A stretch of DNA of 64,000 nt from Terriglobia bacterium (GCA_963748015.1 CAVVHE010000005.1:448001-512000); one strand, 5' to 3'; shown: positions 16,934 to 26,217, numbered from the stretch's first letter. The notes: generated from the letters alone by a model not told the origin. Program-made: numbers and translations.

Positions 16934-18442
16934 TTGCCCCAGCTCGACGGGATGCTCCGTGCGCTTGCGGATCGAGGGGCGAGGGAGCTGCGCCTGACGG
17001 ACGGCGCGCAGCCGGTGTTCTCCTACGCCGACGGGGAGCGCGCGGTCTCGCCCTCGACGCTCACGCGCAGCCAGATCGTCGCCCTGGTCTCCGAGATCGC
17101 CCCCGCGGACGACGCGCGCCGGCTCTCGGCCGGGGAGCCCGTCCGGTTCACCTACCGCCTGAGCGACGGCAAGTCGTTCGCCTTCTCGTCCGCGGTGTCC
17201 GGCGGCACGCTCGCGGTCCTCGCGACGCTCGCCACCGCGGTCTCGGCCGCGCAGGACGCAACGGCGGCGACGACGTCTCCCGCTCCGGCCGGCCAGCCTC
17301 CGGCCGCGACGACCGCCCTCGGACCCAAGCCGTTCGACGCCGCGGCGATGCGCCCCGGGGCCCCGGCGATCGAGGCGTACCTGACCTACCTGTTCGAGAC
17401 GGGGGGCAGCGACCTGCACATCTCCGCGGACGAGCCGCCGATGATGCGCCTCCACGGGGAGATGTTGCGGATCCCGGGCACGGGCCCGTGCTCCCCGGAG
17501 GAAACCGCGCGCCTCCTCTTCCCGCTCATGCCCGCGCGCTACAAGAAAGAGTTCGAGTCCGCGTCGGATACCGACTTCGCCCACGAGATCCCCGGCGTGG
17601 CCCGGTTCCGGTGCAACGTCTTCGCCGACCGCAAGGGCGCCGGCGCCGTGTTCCGCGTGATCCCCAGCAAGATCCCGACCGTGGAGGACCTCGGCCTCGC
17701 GAAGGCGATCCTCGACCTCTGCTTCCTTCCGAAGGGGCTCGTGCTGGTGACGGGGCCCACCGGGTCCGGCAAGTCCACGACCCTGGCGAGCCTGGTCGAC
17801 CACATCAACCGCAACCGGTCCGATCACATCATCACGATCGAGGACCCGATCGAGTTCGTCCACCCCAGCCGCAAGTGCCTCGTGAACCAGCGCGAGGTCG
17901 GGACCCACACCGCCAGCTTCAAGACCGCGCTCCGCGCCGCGCTGCGCGAGGATCCCGACATCGTCCTGGTCGGAGAGATGCGCGACCTCGAGACCGTGGC
18001 CATCGCGATCGAGACGGCGGAGACCGGGCACCTCGTGTTCGGCACCCTCCACACCTCGACCGCGCCGTCCACCGTGGACCGCATCATCGACCAGTTCCCG
18101 CCCGACCGGCAGGCCCAGATCCGCGTGATGCTCTCGGAGTCGCTCAAGGGCGTGATCTCGCAGGTCCTGCTCCGCAAGAAGACCGGAGGACGGGTCGCGG
18201 CGATGGAGGTCCTCATCGGCGTGCCCGCGGTGGCCAACCTGATCCGGGAAGGCAAGACCTTCCAGATCCCGAGCATCATGCAGGCCGGCCGCAAGCACGG
18301 AATGGTCCTGATGGCGGACGCCCTCCTCGATCTCGTGCGGCGAGGGGTCGTCACGCCCGAAGAAGCGTTCGCGAAGTGCGTGGACAAGATGTCGCTCCTC
18401 ACCCTCTTCAAGGGCGCGAACATCGATTTCGCCGCGCCGTAG
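16934..18442 (+). CDS. pilT: Type IV pilus retraction ATPase PilT with N-terminal extension
   Basis: SDLHI, GPTGSGKSTT, TIEDPIE, ALREDPDIVLVGEMRD, GHLVFGTLHT, NLIREGKTFQI. Confidence 0.9.
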   Translation: MPQLDGMLRALADRGARELRLTDGAQPVFSYADGERAVSPSTLTRSQIVALVSEIAPADDARRLSAGEPVRFTYRLSDGKSFAFSSAVSGGTLAVLATLATAVSAAQDATAATTSPAPAGQPPAATTALGPKPFDAAAMRPGAPAIEAYLTYLFETGGSDLHISADEPPMMRLHGEMLRIPGTGPCSPEETARLLFPLMPARYKKEFESASDTDFAHEIPGVARFRCNVFADRKGAGAVFRVIPSKIPTVEDLGLAKAILDLCFLPKGLVLVTGPTGSGKSTTLASLVDHINRNRSDHIITIEDPIEFVHPSRKCLVNQREVGTHTASFKTALRAALREDPDIVLVGEMRDLETVAIAIETAETGHLVFGTLHTSTAPSTVDRIIDQFPPDRQAQIRVMLSESLKGVISQVLLRKKTGGRVAAMEVLIGVPAVANLIREGKTFQIPSIMQAGRKHGMVLMADALLDLVRRGVVTPEEAFAKCVDKMSLLTLFKGANIDFAAP

Positions 18443-18496
18443 TCCGCCTCCCGCGCCGCGTCGGCGGAGCGCCGCGGCCGGACCTCCAAAAAACTC

Positions 18497-18524
18497 TTGA
18501 CATCGAGGGGGAGCCCTATATATT
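18497..18524 (+). promoter_or_regulatory. Sigma70-type promoter for micro-protein gene 2
   Basis: TTGACA-N16-TATATT with an upstream A-tract; same geometry as 10557-10584. Confidence 0.7.
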
Positions 18525-18611
18525 GGGCGCTGATCTGGAGATGGTCCCAGATCTTGAGCCCCATGGCCCGGGGTAGGGCTCAACGGTGGACCCGGGATAG
18601 GAGATCGACAG

Positions 18612-18677
18612 ATGGCTACGAAGAAGAAGGCCGCCAAGAAGACGGCGAAAAAGAAGGTAGTGAAGAAGAAGAAGTAG
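18612..18677 (+). CDS. Lys/Ala-rich micro-protein MATKKKAAKKTAKKKVVKKKK (21 aa)
   Basis: AGGAG RBS, ATG to TAG, promoter and terminator; synonymous differences from the 10645 paralog. Confidence 0.8.
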   Translation: MATKKKAAKKTAKKKVVKKKK

Positions 18678-18705
18678 TCTTCGCCACCAAGAAATCTCAG
18701 TACCG

Positions 18706-18746
18706 AACGGAGAGGGCCGGCGCACGACGCCGGCCCTCTCCGTTTT
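18706..18746. terminator. Terminator hairpin between convergent genes
   Basis: AACGGAGAGGGCCGGCG-cacga-CGCCGGCCCTCTCCGTT followed by TT. Confidence 0.8.
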
Positions 18747-18761
18747 CGGCTCGCGGAACGA

Positions 18762-19202
<441 letters not shown>

Positions 19203-19410
19203 CGGCCTCCTCCCCGCCTGCCTCCCGGCTTCGTCGGAGGCGGCTTGCGACAGTCTAGCGTCACCCGCCCCGGCGGGACGAGCGCCCCGGTCGACCGCGC
19301 AGGCAGGGGGGGCTTGACATGGAAGTGCTTCCGCCATACATGGATCGGCGGGGGAGGGGGGCCGGACTCCCGGTCCGGCCGAGGGAAGAGGCCCGGAGCA
19401 TCGTGACCGA

Positions 19411-20214
19411 ATGAAGGACAGCAGCGGCAGCAACCCGAAGAAACGGTCGCCGGGATACCGGGGGGCGCTGCATCGCTATCTCGAGTCGATCCGGGACTAC
19501 GAGTTCCTGACGCCCAGCGGCGAGTTCAAGATCGCCACGCGGGCCATGGAGCAGGACCAGGCCGCCCGGAACGCGCTGGTCGAGGCCAACCTTCGCTTCG
19601 TCGTGAAGATCGCCCACGAGTACCGGAGCTACGGCACGCCGATCGAGGACCTGATCAGCGAGGGCAACCTCGGCCTGATGGAGGCCGCCCGCCGCTTCGA
19701 CCCTTCCCGCCGGGTCCGCTTCAGCAACTACGCCGCCTGGTGGATCCGCAAGTTCATGGTCGCGGCGCTGAGCCGCAACGTCGTCCAGGGCTCGTCGCTG
19801 TCGCCCACGCCTCCCAAGCCGAAAGACGCTCCGGCCGGGAGGACGTCGGCCGCGGCGCAGAAGGACGCCCCCCGCCGGCCGGCGAGGCAGAAGCTGATCT
19901 CTCTCGAGGCCTTCACGAGGGTCGACGGCGACCGCGGCATCCTGGAGAGGCTGGCGGCCGACGTCGAGGACCCGAACGAGCTGATCCTCCACCAGGAGCT
20001 GGCGGACGCCATTCGCGGCATCCTCCCCTTCCTGCCGAAGCAGGAACGGCTGATCCTGACGACGCGCTACGGGCTGGACGGCGACGTGCCGCTGACGCTC
20101 CAGGAGCTCGGCCGCGCGCTCGGCTGCACCCGGGAGCGGGTCCGGCAGCTCGAGGTGAAGGCGCTGGCGCGGGCGCGCCGGCTCCTCCTCGCGAGGGCTC
20201 CCCGGCAGAAGTAG
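19411..20214 (+). CDS. RNA polymerase sigma70-family factor (RpoD/RpoS/RpoH-like alternative sigma)
   Basis: Region 1.2 YLESIRDYEFLT, region 2 NLRFVVKIA...DLISEGNLGL...RFSNYAAWWIR, region 4 TLQELG...TRERVRQLE. Confidence 0.9.
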   Translation: MKDSSGSNPKKRSPGYRGALHRYLESIRDYEFLTPSGEFKIATRAMEQDQAARNALVEANLRFVVKIAHEYRSYGTPIEDLISEGNLGLMEAARRFDPSRRVRFSNYAAWWIRKFMVAALSRNVVQGSSLSPTPPKPKDAPAGRTSAAAQKDAPRRPARQKLISLEAFTRVDGDRGILERLAADVEDPNELILHQELADAIRGILPFLPKQERLILTTRYGLDGDVPLTLQELGRALGCTRERVRQLEVKALARARRLLLARAPRQK

Positions 20215-20216
20215 GG

Positions 20217-20293
20217 GCTGCGTCCTCGGCGGGGTGCGTTCTCGCCGGCCCGGAAAAGGGCCGTCTGCGAACGCACCCCGCCGAGGACGCAGC
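20217..20293. repeat. Long perfect hairpin between convergent genes (terminator or truncated repeat relative)
   Basis: Perfect 25-bp inverted arms 20217-20241/20269-20293 with an internal GGCCC-GGAAAA-GGGCC hairpin. Confidence 0.75.
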
Positions 20294-20314
20294 GTCCGGG
20301 GACGGGAGGGCGGC

Positions 20315-21712
20315 TCAGCTGACGAGCTTGTTCTTGCTCCAGCGCGGGCTCTTGATCTCGTACTTCGCGACCTTGTAGTTCATCACCCGTGACGAGATCC
20401 CGAGGAAGCTCGCCGCGTCCTTCTGCACCCAGTTGCTGATCCGCAGGGCCTCGAGGATCGCGAGCTTCTCGAGGTCGTCGAGGTTGATCCCGTTGGGAGG
20501 GAGCCGCAGGTTGAGCGAGGTCACGTTGTCCCCCGCGGGCGACGCGGCGCCGGCCGGGAACAGGTTGAGGTCCTCGTCGTTGATGAAGTGGCCCTCGCAC
20601 ATCAGGACCGCCCGCTCGATCGCGTTCTCGAGCTCGCGGATGTTCCCCGGCCACGTGTGGCGCTTCAGGCTCTTGACCGCGTTCGGCTCGAGGCCCCGAA
20701 CGTCCTTCTTCAGCTCCGCGGCGAAGCGCTGGATGAAGTAGCTCGCCAGCGGGACGATGTCTTCCTTCCTCTCGCGAAGCGCGGGGACCTTGAGGTTCAC
20801 CACGTTGAGGCGGTAGTAGAGGTCCTCGCGGAAGTCGCCGCGCCGGACCTCGTCCTCGAGGTTCTTGTTGGTGGCGGCGACCACGCGGACGTCCACCTTG
20901 ATCGTCCGGGAGCCGCCGAGCCGCTCGAACTCGCGCTCCTGGAGGACCCTCAGCACCTTGGTCTGGGTGGACGCGCTCATGTTCCCGATCTCGTCCAGGA
21001 AGAGCGTCCCCTCGTTGGCCAGCTCGAACCGGCCGGTCCGCTGCCGGTCGGCCCCGGTGAAGGCCCCGCGCTCGTGGCCGAACAGCTCGGACTCGAGCAG
21101 GCTCTCGTGGAGCGCCGCGCAGTTCATCTTCACGAACGGGCGGTCGGCGCGGCTGGAGTTGCGGTGGAGCGCTTCCGCGACGAGCTCCTTCCCGACGCCG
21201 GTCTCCCCGAGGATGATCACGGTCGCGTTGGAGCGCGCGACCTTCTCGATCGTGCGGAAGACTTCCTTCATCTGCGGGCTCTCGCCCACGATGTTCTCGA
21301 ACTTCGGGATGATCGTCTCGCGGTCGTAGGCCTGGAGCCTGACGATGAGGCGGCGGTGCTCGAGCGCCCGCTCGACCTTCATCTCGAGCTCCTCGAGGTC
21401 GAACGGCTTGAGCGCGTAGTCGAACGCGCCGGCCTTCATCGCCTCGACGGCGGACTCGACGGTGCCGTAGGCGGTCATCACGACCGCGACGGTCCCCTCG
21501 TTGAGCATCTTGCAGCGCTTCAGGACCTCGAGGCCGCTCCGGTCGGGCATCTTGTAGTCGGTCAGGAGGACGTCGAAGACTTCCTCCTCGAGGCGCGCGA
21601 TCGCCTGCCCGGCGTCCGCGGCTTCGGAGACCTGCCAGTCGCGGTCGCGGAACGCCGCGGCGATCCCCTCGCGAAGGGTCGGTTCGTCCTCGGCGACCAG
21701 GATTTTCTTCAT
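20315..21712 (-). CDS. Sigma54-dependent response regulator (NtrC/AtoC family)
   Basis: MKKILVAEDE receiver, LLTDYKMP, GETGVGKE, GHERGAFTGA, WPGNIRELEN. Confidence 0.92.
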   Translation of the reverse strand: MKKILVAEDEPTLREGIAAAFRDRDWQVSEAADAGQAIARLEEEVFDVLLTDYKMPDRSGLEVLKRCKMLNEGTVAVVMTAYGTVESAVEAMKAGAFDYALKPFDLEELEMKVERALEHRRLIVRLQAYDRETIIPKFENIVGESPQMKEVFRTIEKVARSNATVIILGETGVGKELVAEALHRNSSRADRPFVKMNCAALHESLLESELFGHERGAFTGADRQRTGRFELANEGTLFLDEIGNMSASTQTKVLRVLQEREFERLGGSRTIKVDVRVVAATNKNLEDEVRRGDFREDLYYRLNVVNLKVPALRERKEDIVPLASYFIQRFAAELKKDVRGLEPNAVKSLKRHTWPGNIRELENAIERAVLMCEGHFINDEDLNLFPAGAASPAGDNVTSLNLRLPPNGINLDDLEKLAILEALRISNWVQKDAASFLGISSRVMNYKVAKYEIKSPRWSKNKLVS

Positions 21713-22887
21713 GCGCTCACTCCGCCGCCGCCCCCAACCATCGGAATGCGGACGGTGAACACGGCGCCGGCCCCCGGCCGGCCGTCGACGTCGATCAGGC
21801 CCCGATGGCTGTCCACGATCTTTTTCGCCATGGAAAGCCCCACGCCGGAACCCTGCTTCTTCGTGGTGAAAAACGGGTAGAACAGCTTGTCCCGGTGCTC
21901 GTCGGAGATCCCGGGGCCCGTGTCCGAGACCCTGACGGTGAGATAGCGGTCGAACAGCTGCCACGGGTCGCCGCCGGCGGCGCCCGCGGGACGGTAGGGA
22001 ATGCTCGCGGCGGCGGGGGCCGGCGTCAGGGACGTCTCGACGACGAGGATCCCCTTCCCGCCCATGGCCTCCATGGCGTTGAGGAAGATGTTCTCGAACA
22101 CCTGCCGGAGCTGGCCGCGGTCCATCAGGCACGCCGGGATCCCCTCGGCGAAGCGTCGCTCGATCTCCATGCCGGGCCCTCCCACGCGGCCGGAGGCGAC
22201 GCCGAGCGCCTCCTCGAGCACCGGCTCGATGCGCGCGGGAGCGAGGGAGAGGGACAGCGGCCGGACGAACTCGAGGCTCGACGTGATCGTGCGATCGAGC
22301 CGGCGCACCTCGGCGATGATCTTGTCGAGGAGGTCCTTGCCGGCCGTCTCCGCCGAGAGCCTGCGCTTCAGGAGCGAGCAGCTGACCTCGATCGCGGCGA
22401 GCGGGTTGCGGATCTCGTGGGCCAGGTTGGCGGACATCTGCCCGAGCGCGGCGAGCCGGTCGCGCAGCCGCTCCTGCTCTTCCTTGTGCTCGACGTGGGT
22501 GAGGTCCTTGAAGAAGATCGCGGCGCCGAGGGGCGCGCCGTCCTCTCCCGGCACGAGCGAGAGCGTGAAGCCGATCGTCTTCCCCTTCGTCGAGCGGGTG
22601 GTCAGATCGATCTCGGCCCGGTTGGGCAGGCTCGACATGCTGAACGACTCGCGGAGGATCCGGACGAGCTGCGGGTGGTCTCCTAGCGCGGCCTCGACCG
22701 GCGCGCCCCGGTGCGGCGCGTCCGCGAGGTCCAGGATCTGCCGCGCGGGATCGTTGATGAGGACGATGCGTCCCTCGCGGTCGATCGTGAGGACGCCGCA
22801 CCTCATTCCGCTGACGAGGCCCCGGTAGAACCGGTCCTCCTCGAGAGCAGTGGCCCGCGCGGCGAACTCGCCGCACACCCCGGCCAT
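21709..22887 (-). CDS. Cytoplasmic PAS-domain sensor histidine kinase (NtrB-like)
   Basis: PAS region, LAHEIRNPL H-box, QVFENIFLNA, DTGPGI, PFFTTKKQGSGVGL; overlaps the downstream regulator. Confidence 0.9.
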   Translation of the reverse strand: MAGVCGEFAARATALEEDRFYRGLVSGMRCGVLTIDREGRIVLINDPARQILDLADAPHRGAPVEAALGDHPQLVRILRESFSMSSLPNRAEIDLTTRSTKGKTIGFTLSLVPGEDGAPLGAAIFFKDLTHVEHKEEQERLRDRLAALGQMSANLAHEIRNPLAAIEVSCSLLKRRLSAETAGKDLLDKIIAEVRRLDRTITSSLEFVRPLSLSLAPARIEPVLEEALGVASGRVGGPGMEIERRFAEGIPACLMDRGQLRQVFENIFLNAMEAMGGKGILVVETSLTPAPAAASIPYRPAGAAGGDPWQLFDRYLTVRVSDTGPGISDEHRDKLFYPFFTTKKQGSGVGLSMAKKIVDSHRGLIDVDGRPGAGAVFTVRIPMVGGGGGVSA

Positions 22888-23056
22888 CGGAATCGAGACC
22901 TCCCCTCGGCAGGCGGACCCGCCGATCTCGAACGCTGCGTGCTCGGACCCGTTACGAAGGTGGAATTTAGGTTCCGGACCTGCGGGAGGCAAGCCGTGGG
23001 CGGGTTTTGGACCGATCTCCCCCCGCGCCCTCATCGGCTCCCCCCGGTCCCCGGGC

Positions 23057-23635
23057 TCAGCTCCCCTGGAGCGAGCCGGCGTACCAGCCGACCCCGGGGA
23101 TCGCCGTCCCCGCGCTGTCGATGAGCGCGGCGTTCTGGACCTTGATCTTGTAGGTTCCCGTCGCTTTCACGCGGAACGTCAGTTTCACCAGGGTCTGGGG
23201 CGTCGTGACGTTCACGCCGGCCACCGCTCCGGTGCGGGAGGCGCCCACGACGACCGGCCACACCCCCGTGGCCGTCGCCGTGTAGTTCGGGGCGTTGCCA
23301 CCCTGCTCCAGGAGGGAGCCCGCCGACGGCTGGACGAACTCCACGTTCGCCGGGATGCAGCCGTCCGTCGAGTCGCACGCGACCTCGAACGCCGCGCCGT
23401 TGACCCCGCTCGTCCCGGACACGTTGACCTGCACGGTGACGAGATCGTCGGACACAGCGCTCTGCGCCATCGTGACGGTGAGGGCGCTCGTCGGACTCGG
23501 CGCGCTGGGATCCGGCGCGAAGCTCGCGGTGATGGGGTTCGGCCCCGGGCCGATCGTGCCGCCGCTCGATCCGCCGCCACAGGAAAGGGCGGCAGCCACC
23601 AGGGCAAGGACCGCTAGGTGCATGGCGCGCGTCAT
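23057..23635 (-). CDS. Lipoprotein with cohesin-like domain
   Basis: Lipobox-like ALSC followed by GGGSSGG; cohesin-type pattern VTVQVNV..VNGAAFEV.CD..VEF..AGSLL..VVGASR..TLVKLTFRVKATG. Confidence 0.65.
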   Translation of the reverse strand: MTRAMHLAVLALVAAALSCGGGSSGGTIGPGPNPITASFAPDPSAPSPTSALTVTMAQSAVSDDLVTVQVNVSGTSGVNGAAFEVACDSTDGCIPANVEFVQPSAGSLLEQGGNAPNYTATATGVWPVVVGASRTGAVAGVNVTTPQTLVKLTFRVKATGTYKIKVQNAALIDSAGTAIPGVGWYAGSLQGS

Positions 23636-23666
23636 GGTCCGGCTTCCTCCTGTATCGAGCTCGAGA

Positions 23667-24500
23667 TCAGAAATGGCATACCGGCCGGGGTGTCTTGGCC
23701 ACCCACGCCGAGCCGGACCAGAACTTGCCGAAAGCGCTTCCTACATACGCCAGGTCGCTGCCGTCCACCGCGCCGTCGCCGTCGATGTCCGCGTCGGGCT
23801 GATAGACGCTGTCCCCCGCGTGGCTCCCGAAGACCACGGAGAGGGCGTTCGTGTCCCAGCCGTCGAGCCAGCCGGTCGTGCAGTCGTATCCCTTGTCGAG
23901 ATCGAAGCGCGCGGGGTTGACCTGGACCCCGAAGGCCTGCGTCTTCGAGAGCGTCGTGCCGCTGGGGTTCGTCACGGTGAGCGTGAACCAGCCGACCTCC
24001 GCCGCGCGAATGCCGGGACCCGTGGGCATGACGGTCGCGGCGGCCTGGAGGTGGTTGCAGGCGAGCCGCGTCGGGTTGTCGAGGAACACGTTCGGGTTGT
24101 CGACCGTCACGGTGGCGCCGGGCTCGAAGTTGTTGCCGGTGAGATCGAGGGTGAACTGGGCGCCCTGGATCGCCACCGAGGGGCTCGCGGCCCCGACCAC
24201 GGGCCGTGGATAGGCGGCGACCTCCGCGGAGAACCCCGACTCGCCCACGCTGTTGAACGCCTTCACGGCGAAGTAGTAGGTCGTGCAGTCCGTGAGGGTG
24301 TCGACGGTGGCCCCGGTGGAGTAAACCTCTTTCGGCGTCGATCCGTACTGCCCGGAGGCGGTTCCCCAGTAGACGCGATAGCCGGATGCTCCCGTGGAGG
24401 GATCCCAGGTGAGATCGATGGTTGCCGCGTGGAGCAACACGGGAAGCGAAGCGAGGACGCTCGCTATCCCTACCAGGCGGATGACCCTGCGAACGACCAT
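23667..24500 (-). CDS. Secreted FN3 + IPT/TIG + dockerin-like protein
   Basis: GGAGG RBS before ATG 24500; signal peptide; LTWD..GYRVYWG..TTYYFAVKAFN FN3; Ig-like GNNFEPGA; duplicated Ca-loop FDLDKG..LDGWD / ADIDGDGAVDGSDL..FG. Confidence 0.75.
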   Translation of the reverse strand: MVVRRVIRLVGIASVLASLPVLLHAATIDLTWDPSTGASGYRVYWGTASGQYGSTPKEVYSTGATVDTLTDCTTYYFAVKAFNSVGESGFSAEVAAYPRPVVGAASPSVAIQGAQFTLDLTGNNFEPGATVTVDNPNVFLDNPTRLACNHLQAAATVMPTGPGIRAAEVGWFTLTVTNPSGTTLSKTQAFGVQVNPARFDLDKGYDCTTGWLDGWDTNALSVVFGSHAGDSVYQPDADIDGDGAVDGSDLAYVGSAFGKFWSGSAWVAKTPRPVCHF

Positions 24501-24546
24501 TTGAGAATCCTCCAAGACGGGCCGGTCGGGCCCCCGCCCTAGACTC

Positions 24547-24562
24547 AGCAACCGAGATGCCA
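24547..24562 (-). promoter_or_regulatory. Sigma54 promoter of the FN3-dockerin/cohesin operon
   Basis: Minus strand TGGCATC-TCGG-TTGCT, matching TGGCA-N7-TTGC, about 45 nt before the start. Confidence 0.7.
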
Positions 24563-25110
24563 TCGAGGTCTTTTCGGGATCGAGCGCGATGCCCAGGCCG
24601 AATAGCCCGATTCGCGTGGCTTTTGGCGCGGATTGGAGGTGTTTCTGGACCTTGCCCCCGCCGGGCAGACATTGGCTTCAGATTTCAAAAGTGCAATTTC
24701 TTCCACGGGCGGGTAATACCGACCTTTCGTTTCCTCCTTCGGGTTCGTGATCCGGGTCCGCCTTCGGCCGCTCGAGCGATCGTCGGGGCTTGCGGGCCTG
24801 CCGTGGTCGGGGTCAGGGACGACCTGATGTCACCCGCGGGCCCCCCATCGGGACTCGATGACACCTCCCCCTCCTCGTCAGATTAGCACGACCCTGCGGC
24901 CGGTGGTGCAACCCTCGCGGGCGACGCTCGGGTGGAGCCGAGAGGCAATGGCCTCGATCCCAGAACCCCCGACAACTCGGGAAAGAGGAGGAATCAGCAA
25001 TTTGCTATGGACAACGCGGGAGTCCGGCGGTACCTCTCTAGTAGGCACGCCAGCGAGCATCCTCGACCGCGGGTCGGTCGCGAAAATAGGCAGTTCGAGA
25101 GCCTGGGCGT

Positions 25111-25126
25111 TGGCATGGGATGGGCT
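25111..25126 (+). promoter_or_regulatory. Possible sigma54 promoter
   Basis: TGGCATG-GGAT-GGGCT (GG-N10-GC) about 155 nt upstream of ATG 25283. Confidence 0.35.
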
Positions 25127-25282
25127 TTCCAACCGGGGTCGCTCATTCAGGACGGGCGGTTCCCCTCGTCGCGTTCGATGAGCAAGTGTGCCCGCGCCCC
25201 CCGCGAGCGAAGGCGCGAGAGAGGCCGGTCTTCCATGGTGAAGCACACGCCGGGGACCTCCCCGGCGAAAAGGAGTGAGCAG

Positions 25283-26101
25283 ATGAGAAAATTCTTCTTT
25301 GGGTTGGCGGTCGCCGGGCTTCTGGCGGCCGGGGGGTCCCTCTCATCGGACGTGCAGGCGTGTCCGTATGCATGCTGCCTGCCGGACAACACCTGCGTGG
25401 AGGTCGAATCTCAGGAGTTCTGTTGGGCACAGGATGGCACTGCCTTCGGCGGCTACTGCGCCGACCTGACCTGCGGCGGGGTTCCCGACGGCTGCCGGAT
25501 GACCGGTGGCGGCGTGGACACGTTCTTCAACTGGAATGGAACGATGGCCACCGGAACGGATGATCCCGACCGCTACACGTTCGGCGGTCAAGTCGGAGCC
25601 CCCACGGCGGCCCAGCCGTCCCCCCACGGCGAGTGGACCCACCACCAGCAGAGCGGGCCGGATGGGTACTTCGTGTTCCACGCCGGCACCTCGAGCGCGC
25701 CTGCGGAAACCAGGATTGCGCGGGTGGACTGCAGTGATCCCGGCTGGTGCAACCCCGCGCGCCAGGCCCCGGACAAGCAGATCGACTATGTGGGTATCGG
25801 GGCGTTCAAGAACATCAGGAAACCTTCCGCCCCGCTGATGGGGGTGATTCCGGGCGTGACCTTCCATTGGTTCGAAGCCCACGTCGAAGACCTGGGCGAA
25901 CCCGGCAAGGGCGGAAAGGTAGAGCCGCCGGCGTCCTACTGCCCGCCCGAGGGCTCGGCTGGAGCGATTGCCGACTGCGACTGCCCCGACTTCTACTCCT
26001 TCACGATTCACGCGGACACGAGTCCCGCCTCGGCAATCATTTACCACGTGCACGGTTACATCACCGGAGGCAACCTGCAGATCCATCCCCCGATTCAGTA
26101 G
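25283..26101 (+). CDS. Secreted Cys-rich hypothetical protein (ACC..DxxC module plus TGGG..TFGG beta-rich domain)
   Basis: AAGGAG RBS, signal peptide MRKFFFGLAVAGLLA..VQA, ACCLPDNTC module, CRMTGGG..YTFGGQVG..GEWTH..GGNLQIH. Confidence 0.7.
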   Translation: MRKFFFGLAVAGLLAAGGSLSSDVQACPYACCLPDNTCVEVESQEFCWAQDGTAFGGYCADLTCGGVPDGCRMTGGGVDTFFNWNGTMATGTDDPDRYTFGGQVGAPTAAQPSPHGEWTHHQQSGPDGYFVFHAGTSSAPAETRIARVDCSDPGWCNPARQAPDKQIDYVGIGAFKNIRKPSAPLMGVIPGVTFHWFEAHVEDLGEPGKGGKVEPPASYCPPEGSAGAIADCDCPDFYSFTIHADTSPASAIIYHVHGYITGGNLQIHPPIQ

Positions 26102-26188
26102 TGAAGGAAAAGCTCGCGGATCGCGTCGGCGGCCGCGCCATTTTCGGGCTCTCAAGTCGCTTGTTTGCTTGCGTTTCGAAAAGGAGAC

Positions 26189-26217
26189 TTGACTGATCCG
26201 CTTGTTTGCGGTATAAA
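26189..26217 (+). promoter_or_regulatory. Sigma70-type promoter for the precursor/HPr-rel-A locus
   Basis: TTGACT-N17-TATAAA. Confidence 0.55.

Noticed and set aside
18535..18560. Fluoride (crcB) riboswitch suggested by GGAGATGG
   Set aside because: It lacks the complementary CTCC and the downstream CTGATG..CT elements, and the downstream gene is unrelated to fluoride
19314..19342. Sigma70 promoter for the sigma-factor gene (TTGACA at 19314)
   Set aside because: The -35 is perfect but there is no convincing -10 at 16-18 bp, so it is not listed as a feature
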